DNA of 64,000 nucleotides from Bradymonadia bacterium (GTDB taxonomy: Bacteria; Myxococcota_A; Bradymonadia; UBA7976; UBA1532): the NCBI GenBank assembly GCA_046290225.1, contig JBKAGE010000042.1, forward strand, positions 43,299-107,298, read 5' to 3'. The position numbers were made by a program, and so were the translations under genes. Below the pieces are notes generated by a model. The model was not told where the DNA came from, ran no database searches, and saw only the letters and a list, made by a program, of their open reading frames with translations. Positions 41,812-50,444 of this stretch are shown in pieces (the stretch's first letter is position 1; each line of letters opens with the position of its first letter).

Positions 41812-43251
41812 GTGATGAAGCGTCAATTCTGGATGTCGGCAGTGATGTGTGGGGCCCTTCTCACCGGTTGTGGTGGTGAAGAGAGCGAAACCGTTGCCCC
41901 CGACAGCGAGAACCCCGGCAGCGAGACGCCGGCACCCGGCGTCACAGGTGGCAAGGCCGATAGCCTGTTCGCCAACGGCCCCCTTTATGTCACTGGGGGC
42001 TTCGACGGCAGCAAGAGCTTCCGTATGTGGCAGGACACGATGCGCTATGCCCGCGACTTCCAGGAGAAGTACGGCAAGCGGCTCTCGTTCACCTACTTCA
42101 TCAACACCTGCTACTACGACAGCAGCGTACGCGGCTCGTGGATCGGCACCGCCAAGAGCCAGCCGGAGATCATCGCTCGCACTGGGTTGAGCCAGCAGGC
42201 CATCAACGAGGGCCACGAGATCGCCAACCACGCTGTCCGCCATCAGGACGGCTCTGGCTGGTCCGTTGATGAGTGGCGCAAAGAGATCCAGGAGTTCCAC
42301 GACTTCACCGACAACAACCTCTTCGAGCCCATCTTCGACGAGGCCGGTAAAGCCGTGTTCCCCAAGTACGAGCCCGTGGCCAGTGGTACCGCCACTGGGG
42401 CTGCCTGTGGCACCGACAGCGACTGTGACTCGGGCATCTGCCTCTCGGTCAACCCCGACCTGAGCCTGTGCTCCGCCCGCTGCAACAAGCACAACCCCTG
42501 CCCTGACGGCATGGCTTGTGGCGCCCCGGACTGGAACCGCAGCACTGATCGGTGCATGCCCCTGCCCAAGTTCCCGGTGGAGCACAACGGTCAGGAGCTG
42601 TTCAGCGCCGAGGGCAAGCCCAACCTGGATCACCCCGATCTCAAGCCGTACAAGGTTGTGGGTTTCCGGGCCCCTCAGCTCGGCCACAACAAGGCCCTCT
42701 TCGAGATCCTCGAAGAGTTCGACTACATGTACGACACCAGCAAGATCCTGCGCCCCGGCCCGCCTCAGCGCACCAACCACGGTGGCACCGTCTTCGAGAG
42801 CATCTACCAGTACGCTCTCATGAAGAACCCCGGCTCGCGCACGGTGCCCATGGACTACAACTACAAGTTCAACGACGTGCCCGGCAGCCGCATGCTCTCC
42901 GATTACAAGCGGAGCATTGTCGACGCCTACAACGCTCGCCAGCGCCAGCCCTGGAACATCGGTCACCACTTCGCCCTGTGGCGCAACGGCGAGTACTGGG
43001 CTGCGATGAAGGGTGCTCTGGAGTTTGCCGCTGAGGGCTGCCCCAAGGACGACGGCACCCTGCAGTGTGAAGACGTGCTGTTCCCCAGCTTCCTCGAGCT
43101 GTCCCTGCTGCTCGACGGCAAGATCGAAGAAGAGGCGCTGCGCATCGGCGAGGCCGATGGCACCTTCGAAGATCCCTTCCTGCCTGCTGAGTCCCGCGAA
43201 GAAGAGAACGATGTCGCTCTCGAGTGCATCTGCGGCGACGACTCCCACTGA
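41812..43251 (+). CDS. Polysaccharide deacetylase-like lipoprotein with a Cys-rich insertion
   Basis: Lipobox LTGC; GGKAD; FDG, TYFIN, EGHEIANH..H, GFRAPQL, YDTS, MDYN and IGHHF motifs. Confidence 0.75.
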   Translation: MMKRQFWMSAVMCGALLTGCGGEESETVAPDSENPGSETPAPGVTGGKADSLFANGPLYVTGGFDGSKSFRMWQDTMRYARDFQEKYGKRLSFTYFINTCYYDSSVRGSWIGTAKSQPEIIARTGLSQQAINEGHEIANHAVRHQDGSGWSVDEWRKEIQEFHDFTDNNLFEPIFDEAGKAVFPKYEPVASGTATGAACGTDSDCDSGICLSVNPDLSLCSARCNKHNPCPDGMACGAPDWNRSTDRCMPLPKFPVEHNGQELFSAEGKPNLDHPDLKPYKVVGFRAPQLGHNKALFEILEEFDYMYDTSKILRPGPPQRTNHGGTVFESIYQYALMKNPGSRTVPMDYNYKFNDVPGSRMLSDYKRSIVDAYNARQRQPWNIGHHFALWRNGEYWAAMKGALEFAAEGCPKDDGTLQCEDVLFPSFLELSLLLDGKIEEEALRIGEADGTFEDPFLPAESREEENDVALECICGDDSH

Positions 43252-43318
43252 GAGCGGACGACCGTGCCTTTGGCACCGCCGTCCGTACAGACGGTGCCAA
43301 AGGCACGGTCGTCCGCTC
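43252..43318. repeat. Perfect 27-bp inverted repeat with 13-nt loop between convergent genes
   Basis: GAGCGGACGACCGTGCCTTTGGCACCG / CGGTGCCAAAGGCACGGTCGTCCGCTC. Confidence 0.9.
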
Positions 43319-45251
43319 AAGTCGTCACCGGCTTGTTGAACACCGGTGTCGCCTTCAGCGAAGCCTTCCCATTCTTCACGTACACCTTGAAGCGTACGTC
43401 CTCGCACTCGAAGCGCTCGAAGAGCTGGTTGCGGGTCGCCATCAGCTTTCGGCGGAACTTCTCGTAGGTCAGGCTCGTGCCCTCACCGCATGCGCGGCGG
43501 GTCTCGATGAACTCATCGTATGTTGCGCGGAAGTGGCGCTCGTTCGGGCGACCCTCGGGCATCTCGGGCGGCGGGCCGATGGCCGTCTTCTCGGTCACCC
43601 TCGGGAGATCCGGCAGCGGGCCCGAAATCAGGGGCTGGCCAGGGCTCTCCGAGTGCGCCGTGCGCTCTGCCTCGTCTTCAGGGATCTCCTGAACGTCAGG
43701 ATCTGCCTGAGGCGGCAACGGAGGAGGCGGCTCGGGCATACGCGCCGCGTTCCTCACATTGGCAGACAAGAGTTCTGGGGGCAGCGGCGCGCCGGGGATG
43801 CTCGCCTCACGCAGCTCGGGGCCCACCTCTTTGTCAGCGGTGGACTCTGCCTCGTCGGGGGCGTCATCCTCGAGGCCGGGCATGGGATCTTCGTCTGCAG
43901 CAGGGAGCACGATGTCGCGCTTGAGGGGCTCGGGCGCACGCTCGGAGATCGGCGTGCCGCGGCTGGGGATGGGCCCGATCTTCATCGCTGGCAAGCTGTG
44001 CTGGGTCTCGAGAGAGACATCCATACCCATCGAGCCTTCAGGGGCATGATCGTCAGAGGCGAGGGCCGGGCTCAACGCCTTGGCCGCCGTCTTGCGGGCT
44101 GCTTCGAGCTCCGACTTGAGAGTAGCGATCTCACCCTCCAGGGCCTCGATCTTCTCTGCTGACTGAGTGTCGGGCACCGGGGCTGAGGCCTCTGTAGCAG
44201 GCTGGCCCTTTTTGACCGCCTCGAGAGCATCTTGTGCCGCAGCACCCGCGGAGCGCAGCCACCCTGGCAGGCGTGGCGCATCGACGTCGATGACCACGGG
44301 AGACTCTGCGATCTCGTCGAGTGAGGTCTTCAGCCGACCCACACCCTTTCGAACCGACAGCAGCCCGATCACGAGCCCGATCAACCACAAGCTCAGGGCG
44401 ATGCCCACCGCCATCATCGTGCCGGGATGACTCACCTTGATGCGATCGACGAGATCGCCGAGGCCTACAGTCACGCTCTGAGGCTGCACTCCGCCCAGAG
44501 CAAAAGAGATCCCACCGACGGTGAAGCGACGCACCGCGTAACGCGTGCCATTGACCATGGCACTTTCGGGCTTTTGGTCAGCTGTGGGCGATATGGCCGC
44601 CTTGAGCAGGCCCTTCCGGTCGGACTCGGGACCCGCACCACCCACCAGCTCCCCTTTGTCGAGCAGCAGCAACACTGACTCGAAGCGGCCTTTCTGATGC
44701 GCGTCGATGATCAGATTGCCAGGACCACCGGCAGCGAGGGCCACAGCAGCCATGGTGGAACCCTCTGGATCCCGCAGCGGCGCCGACACCACCCAGGTGC
44801 CATCGGAGAGGCCCATGGTCGACACCGAGCCGGCGAGGGCGCCTTTGACTGCTGAGCCTTCGGCGATTTGCTTTTGAAGATCCTGCCCCTGCAGGGTGCT
44901 GGCGAGCACCTGCCCGGTGGTGGCCACCACCAGCAGACGGAACCTCGGCTGATCGCCTGCCACCTCTTTGAGCGCCCTCGCCATGAATGACTGTCGCGCC
45001 TCAAAAGGCAGCTCACCCATGGCAAACACCTTCGCCAGTCGGGCGTCGTGGGCCACCGTCTCTGCAGCGCGGCGATGATCTTGAAGTTGAGCGCCGACGG
45101 CGGCCGTCAGATAGCGTCCTTCTCGGTCCACGGCAGTGGCCGTCGACGACCCGATGACAGGATCAGCCAGCTCGGGCACTGTCAACGCAGCCCCGAGAAG
45201 CAGCCCGAGGGTGACGAGAGACAGCAGGGACCAGATACGCGCGAGACCCAT
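43317..45251 (-). CDS. MXAN_5187-like membrane protein (Cache-like periplasmic region, conserved C-terminal domain)
   Basis: C-terminal F...R..CGE..LTYEKF..KL and VRFKVYVKNGKASLKATP; two TM segments. Confidence 0.75.
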   Translation of the reverse strand: MGLARIWSLLSLVTLGLLLGAALTVPELADPVIGSSTATAVDREGRYLTAAVGAQLQDHRRAAETVAHDARLAKVFAMGELPFEARQSFMARALKEVAGDQPRFRLLVVATTGQVLASTLQGQDLQKQIAEGSAVKGALAGSVSTMGLSDGTWVVSAPLRDPEGSTMAAVALAAGGPGNLIIDAHQKGRFESVLLLLDKGELVGGAGPESDRKGLLKAAISPTADQKPESAMVNGTRYAVRRFTVGGISFALGGVQPQSVTVGLGDLVDRIKVSHPGTMMAVGIALSLWLIGLVIGLLSVRKGVGRLKTSLDEIAESPVVIDVDAPRLPGWLRSAGAAAQDALEAVKKGQPATEASAPVPDTQSAEKIEALEGEIATLKSELEAARKTAAKALSPALASDDHAPEGSMGMDVSLETQHSLPAMKIGPIPSRGTPISERAPEPLKRDIVLPAADEDPMPGLEDDAPDEAESTADKEVGPELREASIPGAPLPPELLSANVRNAARMPEPPPPLPPQADPDVQEIPEDEAERTAHSESPGQPLISGPLPDLPRVTEKTAIGPPPEMPEGRPNERHFRATYDEFIETRRACGEGTSLTYEKFRRKLMATRNQLFERFECEDVRFKVYVKNGKASLKATPVFNKPVTT

Positions 45252-45356
45252 TACGGTAAAACCTCGGACAATTCGAGACAGGAAGACCAGTGGGGCAAAG
45301 CGGTGTTTTACCCCGAGAAGGGGCACACCGAACAGGGTGAAATCATGGCCATGATT

Positions 45357-46808
45357 TCATGTGGCACGCCGGCGGCCTCCCCGAGCGATCACACCACTCG
45401 CGGCGAGGCCGATCAGGATGCCCCAGGGCGGTAGATACTCGGCCCATGAAATCCAGGAAGCCACCGCCCACTCACCTGTTTCCAGGTATGCGGGGCGAGG
45501 CACGTAAGCCAGCCACACGGTGAGCCCCCAGACCACGACCGCCCAGGGCCAGCGCCGGCCTTGAGCGATGCCCACGATGGCCAGGGGCATGATCCACAAC
45601 AGATACCAGGGGTGCACCACCGGCGAGAGGAGCATGACCGCTGTCAATACGGGCCCCGCAAAGGACTCGATGGTGCGGGCCCGCCACAGCCGCTCCAGGC
45701 CGATCAAGCCCACAACGCCGGCCACGAAGGCCTTCACTGTGGCAAAGGCCAGCTCGTCGGGCCAGATGTGCGTGGGCGGGCCATCATGCTCACCCCCCAC
45801 CAGGGCCCGAGCCACCTTGACCACTTCGAGGGGCAAGTCGAGGGGCTTGCCCTCGGGCACCAACGACGCCAGCCAGTCGTGCAGAGGCGCCATCATCGCC
45901 GCAAAAGCGCCGTCATTGCCCCGCCAGTGATGGCCATACGCGGTCAGGCCCTGCAGCAAGTGATCACCAGCGAGGAAGTACGGCACGGAGATCGCCACCA
46001 TGCTCACCACCGCCACCGCCGAAGCCAGCCAGTGACGTCGCAGCAACATCCAGGGCAACAGCACCACAGGCAGCAGCTTGGTGCCGATGCCCACCATCAG
46101 CCCGATCCCTGCCTGCACCCGCCGAGTGGGCAGACAACCACACGCCACCACCAGCCCTGCAGCGCCGAGGGCGTCTACGTGACCACCGACGGCCCCTTCA
46201 AGCACCGCCACCGGAGCGAAGGCCAGCCAGGCAGCTCGGCGTGGATCGAGATCGAGGCGGTGGAGCCACTGCCAGAGCACACCGATGGCCACCAGATCAG
46301 CCACCACCATCAAGAAACGGACGACTCCCTGGTGGGGCCACCATCCTGCAGTGGCCGCGAAGGCCACCTGAGCCGCAGGGGGATAAATCGTAGGAATATG
46401 GCTGTGGCCGATGGCGGCTCTGACCTCAGCGAGGGCCGGCCGCTCTGCCACGATCCAGTCGAGGGCTGAATCCACCGGAGCGTACACGTACGGGTTCTGC
46501 CCGGCCCACTGTACCGCGCCGTCCCAGACATAGCGCCAGACATCCTCGGAGAGGAGCGGCGGCAGCATCAACAAGAGCACACGGACCAGAGCGGCAGTGC
46601 CGATGAGCCACCAGAAGCCCCGCCGACCCTCAGGCAGACGCCGCCAGGTCAACAACACACCGATGAAAGGAAGAGTCGAGAGCCCGTATCCCCAGATCAG
46701 ACGGCTCAACCGCTCGGGCTCGTCTCCAGGCACCAACCCGAAGATCAACGGCACGAGGCCTGCGGCGAGCCCCAACGCAAGGGGCAGCCCGGAAGACCGT
46801 GATGTCAC
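45357..46808 (-). CDS. GT-C fold membrane glycosyltransferase (GT87/DUF2029-like)
   Basis: LSEDVWRYVWDG, NPY, TIYPP and SPVVHPWY motifs; many TM segments. Confidence 0.82.
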   Translation of the reverse strand: MTSRSSGLPLALGLAAGLVPLIFGLVPGDEPERLSRLIWGYGLSTLPFIGVLLTWRRLPEGRRGFWWLIGTAALVRVLLLMLPPLLSEDVWRYVWDGAVQWAGQNPYVYAPVDSALDWIVAERPALAEVRAAIGHSHIPTIYPPAAQVAFAATAGWWPHQGVVRFLMVVADLVAIGVLWQWLHRLDLDPRRAAWLAFAPVAVLEGAVGGHVDALGAAGLVVACGCLPTRRVQAGIGLMVGIGTKLLPVVLLPWMLLRRHWLASAVAVVSMVAISVPYFLAGDHLLQGLTAYGHHWRGNDGAFAAMMAPLHDWLASLVPEGKPLDLPLEVVKVARALVGGEHDGPPTHIWPDELAFATVKAFVAGVVGLIGLERLWRARTIESFAGPVLTAVMLLSPVVHPWYLLWIMPLAIVGIAQGRRWPWAVVVWGLTVWLAYVPRPAYLETGEWAVASWISWAEYLPPWGILIGLAASGVIARGGRRRAT

Positions 46809-46809
46809 C

Positions 46810-48297
46810 TCAGGCCGCCGAGGCAGCCCGCCGAGCCACGAGGAAGCTCTGCAGCAGACTCATCAAGCCCACGTACATGAAGCCCACCTGGAACAACATC
46901 AGGAACGGGATCGAGAAGTAGACCTCGTGGTGTACGCACACAGCGAGGGTCCAGGTGTAGAGCAAGCCGAGGCCGAGCTCGATGAAGGGCATCAACCCCT
47001 TACGACTGCTGTACTTCGCCAGCCGCTGACCCCAGGACTGGCCCCGACGCTCGATGGCCATCTTGGGGGTGCGCACGAAGGGGCTCTCGTGGCCAAAGGC
47101 GGCTTCGAGCGTAGCCTTGGCATTGTTGATGGCGAGGCCGATGCCCACGGACAGCACAAAGGGCAGGAACAAGGCCCGGCGCCAGAAGTTGCCCCCGACC
47201 TCTCGCTGACTGAGCAGATAGAACGCACAGACCGAGACCGTCGCCCCCAAGAAGAAGGGCAAATCGAGCAGCAGCGTCTCCCGCCACCCGTGGCCAATGC
47301 GAATTTGCAGCGCAAAGGGCATCATGATCGACAGCACCACCATGAGCACGTAGGCCACGTTGTTGGTGAGGTGCACGAAGGCCTCGAGCTTCACCTTCCG
47401 GGGCAGATCGCTCTTCATGATGCGGGGCAGCAGCTTGAGCGCCACCTGGATCGAACCCTTGGCCCACCGATGTTGCTGCACCTTGAAGGCGTTCATGTCG
47501 ACAGGGATCTCTGCCGGCGACAGCAGATCGTTCAAGAACACGAACCGCCAGCCCTTCATCTGGGCCCGATACGACAAGTCGAGATCTTCGGTGAGCGTGT
47601 CGTGCTCCCAACCCCCAGCGTCTTCGATGCAGGTGCGGCGCCAGATGCCCGCGGTGCCATTGAAGTTGAAGAAACGCCCAGAGCGGTTCCGAGCGGTGTG
47701 CTCGATCATGAAGTGGCCGTCGAGCAAGATGCTTTGGGCCTGGGTCAGGGCCGAATAATCACGGTTGATGTGGTCCCAACGTGCCTGGACCATGCCGATG
47801 CCGTCGTCGGCAAAGAAGGGCACGGTCCGCTCGAGGAAGTCTTCAGGGGGCAAGAAGTCGGCGTCGAAGACCGCGATGAACTCACCGTGGGCCACCTGCA
47901 TACCCTCTTGGAGGGCGCCGGCCTTGAAGCCGGTGCGATCGGTGCGGTGGATGTGCACGATGTTGACGCCCTTGGCCCGCCAACGCTCCACAGCCCGCCG
48001 GGCGATCTCCACGGTATCGTCGATGGAGTCGTCCAGGACCTGAATCTCGAGCAGCTCTGCGGGGTAACGCATCTTGCACACTTGCTCGACAAGGCGCTCG
48101 ACGACAAAGCTCTCGTTGAAGATGGGCAGCTGGACGGTGACCTTGGGCAGCTGCCCGGACCACTCGGGCGGTACAGGGGGGTTCTGCTTGTGCTTATGGT
48201 ACAGCCAGGCCATGTGATAGCGGTGGCTGCCATAAACGGCCAGAATCAGCAGTACGGCGAAGTAGACCGCCAGGAAGATGATTTCCAGGGTACCCAT
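46810..48297 (-). CDS. GT2 cellulose-synthase-like glycosyltransferase
   Basis: QLPIFNE, GFKAGAL, FDADF, TEDLD and QQHRW motifs. Confidence 0.92.
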   Translation of the reverse strand: MGTLEIIFLAVYFAVLLILAVYGSHRYHMAWLYHKHKQNPPVPPEWSGQLPKVTVQLPIFNESFVVERLVEQVCKMRYPAELLEIQVLDDSIDDTVEIARRAVERWRAKGVNIVHIHRTDRTGFKAGALQEGMQVAHGEFIAVFDADFLPPEDFLERTVPFFADDGIGMVQARWDHINRDYSALTQAQSILLDGHFMIEHTARNRSGRFFNFNGTAGIWRRTCIEDAGGWEHDTLTEDLDLSYRAQMKGWRFVFLNDLLSPAEIPVDMNAFKVQQHRWAKGSIQVALKLLPRIMKSDLPRKVKLEAFVHLTNNVAYVLMVVLSIMMPFALQIRIGHGWRETLLLDLPFFLGATVSVCAFYLLSQREVGGNFWRRALFLPFVLSVGIGLAINNAKATLEAAFGHESPFVRTPKMAIERRGQSWGQRLAKYSSRKGLMPFIELGLGLLYTWTLAVCVHHEVYFSIPFLMLFQVGFMYVGLMSLLQSFLVARRAASAA

Positions 48298-48670
48298 GGG
48301 CGCGCGACCATCTGCCTCGTTGCCACACTCTCACTTGTGGCCCGATATGGGCCAACTTTGTGGCGAAGACCTTTAAAAATCGCGGCATTGTGAAGGTAGA
48401 GCGGGCCAATGTCAACGACCTCGGCCACATGTAGGGGCGCCGCACGCCTTGAGAAACGCGGCAGGTGTGGAGTTGTTACCTGAATCTGGCCATCGAGGAT
48501 GAGGGCCAGGTTGTAGAAAGGGCGGGAGCGGCCCGACATAGGGATTTCGTTACCTTAGGACCGTTATATTTACAGTTGCTCTTACTGAGGCCAATCTCAG
48601 CAGTGGGCGCGAAGGGCCTTCGAGACCCATCTCACTCCTCCCTCGCCCACATGGCCGCTCCCGAAAGATA

Positions 48671-48711
48671 TGGGTGCCCCTGGAGGGAATCGAACCCTCG
48701 TCTCCACAGTG
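48671..48711 (-). pseudogene. 3' half of a tRNA-Glu-like gene
   Basis: CACTGTGGAGAC-GAGGG TTCGATT CCCTC-CAGGGGCA; matches the 3' halves of both tRNA-Glu genes; 5' half not found. Confidence 0.75.
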
Positions 48712-48916
48712 TTTTTCAGAGCCTGCCCTTCGGGCGCTTCTTCGCTCCTACGCCCTGTCGGGCTCCGTCGACTCCGAAGCGTCTGGCCACAGGCCAGACA
48801 GGCTCGCTCGCAGCATTTTTTCAGAGCCTGCCCTTCGGGCGCTTCTTCGCTCCTACGCCCTGTCGGGCTCCGTCGACTCCGAAGCGTCTGGCCACAGGCC
48901 AGACAGGCTCGCTCGC
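48712..48916. repeat. Two identical 100-bp tandem structured repeats (period 105)
   Basis: 48712-48811 equals 48817-48916; GAGCCTG...CAGGCTC closing stem with internal hairpins; degenerate copy at about 48950-49010. Confidence 0.9.
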
Positions 48917-49067
48917 TTACGCTCGCTGTTCTCTCTCAGCGTTGTTTGAGAGCCCACTCTTCACAGCCTCCGTCGTCTCTGAGGCATCTGGTTTCAGAGC
49001 AAACAAGCTTTCTCGTTTGTACTCGCTGCTCTCTCAGCATTTCTGGCTGGATCACTCCAGACCTCAA

Positions 49068-49143
49068 TGGATCCCCCGGCTGGATTCGAACCAGCATCTT
49101 CGCGTTCAGAGCGCGACATCCCCAACCGTTGAACGACAGGGGA
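49068..49143 (-). tRNA. tRNA-Gln(CTG), CCA encoded
   Basis: Cloverleaf; anticodon arm TCGCG-CTCTGAA-CGCGA; T arm GCTGG TTCGAAT CCAGC. Confidence 0.9.
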
Positions 49144-49155
49144 TCAGATGTAATT

Positions 49156-49233
49156 TGGCGTCCCTGGCGGGATTTGAACCCGCGCTTCCACAGTGAAAAT
49201 GTGGCGTCCTGAGCCTGACTAAACGACAGGGAC
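49156..49233 (-). tRNA. tRNA-Glu(TTC), CCA encoded
   Basis: Acceptor GTCCCTG/CAGGGAC; anticodon arm CCACA-TTTTCAC-TGTGG. Confidence 0.9.
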
Positions 49234-49271
49234 ACGAGCCGCTCTGTGAGCGGCGAATTTCTTTATTTTTG

Positions 49272-49343
49272 CGGCCCATACCGGAATCGAACCGGTCCAC
49301 AACCGATAGACAGTCGGTCAGCACCCCTTGCGCTCGATGAGCC
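49272..49343 (-). tRNA. tRNA-Asp(GTC), atypical, copy 2
   Basis: Acceptor GGCTCAT/ATGGGCC; anticodon arm ACCGA-CTGTCTA-TCGGT; C8 and U37 are non-canonical. Confidence 0.8.
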
Positions 49344-49353
49344 ATCATCTAAG

Positions 49354-49425
49354 ATCCCCCGGTAGGACTCGAACCTACATCACCGTGGTCAAAGCACGGG
49401 GTCCTGACCATTGAACGACAGGGGA
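49354..49425 (-). tRNA. tRNA-Gln(TTG)
   Basis: Anticodon arm CCGTG-CTTTGAC-CACGG; T arm GTAGG TTCGAGT CCTAC. Confidence 0.9.
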
Positions 49426-49499
49426 TCAACCACCCCAACCAGAGCCCACCTGCGACACGGCGCCGGGGAGCTCCGGAGGTTTCGGGAGTGGACCAAAAG

Positions 49500-49572
49500 T
49501 GCTCGGGGACGGACTCGAACCGCCGACGCGCTGATCTTCAATCAACCGCTCTACCAACTGAGCTACCCGAGC
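49500..49572 (-). tRNA. tRNA-Phe(GAA)
   Basis: 5' end GCTCGGGTAGCTCAGTTGGTAGAGC; anticodon arm GTTGA-TTGAAGA-TCAGC. Confidence 0.92.
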
Positions 49573-49647
49573 AAAGTCACCATCAACACTCGACCTCAAA
49601 ACGAGAGTGGCGCCCCCATCATGGGGTCGAGTGTCGATGTCTATATG

Positions 49648-49721
49648 CGTCCCTGGCGGGATTTGAACCCGCGTCTCCACACTGAGAACGTGGCATCCTT
49701 GGCCAGCTAGACGACAGGGAC
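49648..49721 (-). tRNA. tRNA-Glu(CTC)
   Basis: Acceptor GTCCCTG/CAGGGAC; anticodon arm CCACG-TTCTCAG-TGTGG. Confidence 0.9.
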
Positions 49722-49733
49722 AGTGTTTTTAGG

Positions 49734-49950
49734 GAGCCTGCCCTTCGGGCGCTTCTCCGCTCCTCCGGTTGGCATTCGCCACCCTCCGTCGGCTCCGAAG
49801 CGTCCGGCCACAGGCCGGACAGGCTCGCGGGCTGACGCCCGCTATTTTCTCTCGGGGTTTCTAGGAAAACCTGCCTTTAGGGTGCTCCTACACCCCTACA
49901 GCTTCGCCTTTGTCGACTCCGAAACATCTGGCTACAGGCCAAAAAGGCTC
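49734..49950. repeat. Two further diverged copies of the ~100-bp structured repeat
   Basis: 49734-49826 reads GAGCCTGCCCTTCGGGCGCTTC...CAGGCTC; more degenerate copy at about 49866-49950. Confidence 0.8.
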
Positions 49951-50131
49951 GCCCGCAGATCTCTCTCAACCTTTCTCAAAAACGCCCCCTTCAAGTACCT
50001 CTCCATCCGTATCCGCAAACCCCAGCCAGCAACCACGAAAGGCCGGGGGCCGCGGAGCTCCGGAGGTTTTGGGAGTGGGTGGCTGGCCGGCGAGGCGCCC
50101 GCTCCCAAAGCCGGAGGAGCGGAGCAAAAAG

Positions 50132-50203
50132 CGGCCCATACCGGAATCGAACCGGTCCGCAACCGATAGACAGTCGGTCAGCACCCCTTGCGCTCGATGA
50201 GCC
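50132..50203 (-). tRNA. tRNA-Asp(GTC), atypical, copy 1
   Basis: Differs from 49272-49343 by one base in the variable loop. Confidence 0.8.
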
Positions 50204-50374
50204 ATACAGCATTGCACATTAGATACACCCCGAGTGTATCGACACACGCCTTGGGTGAGTCGGCCTCATATCAAACCACTCATACCGGAGCGGCATCAGA
50301 TACACATCGGGTGTATACACACCTGTCGCACGTCAGGCATGGTCATACGCCAAAACTGGAAACGGAGAGTGCAG

Positions 50375-50417
50375 AAAGCAAAAACGCCCACCGCTCCAGG
50401 TTGTGGAGGGGTGGGCG
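50375..50417 (-). terminator. Intrinsic terminator (putative attenuator) upstream of the tRNA array
   Basis: CGCCCACCCCTCCA-CAACC-TGGAGCGGTGGGCG followed by TTTTTGCTTTC. Confidence 0.8.
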
Positions 50418-50444
50418 CCGGGCCTAACCGTAAAGAATCAACGG

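Noticed and set aside
48712..48916. CRISPR array
   Set aside because: The repeats are 100 bp with no unique spacers, and there are no cas genes in the window.
50204..50375. Hidden tRNA-Cys matching the two Cys codons of the leader
   Set aside because: No T-arm or cloverleaf found by eye here or in the other spacers.
48465..50430. Protein ORFs listed across the tRNA array
   Set aside because: They overlap tRNA genes and repeats and have no protein motifs, so they are spurious.
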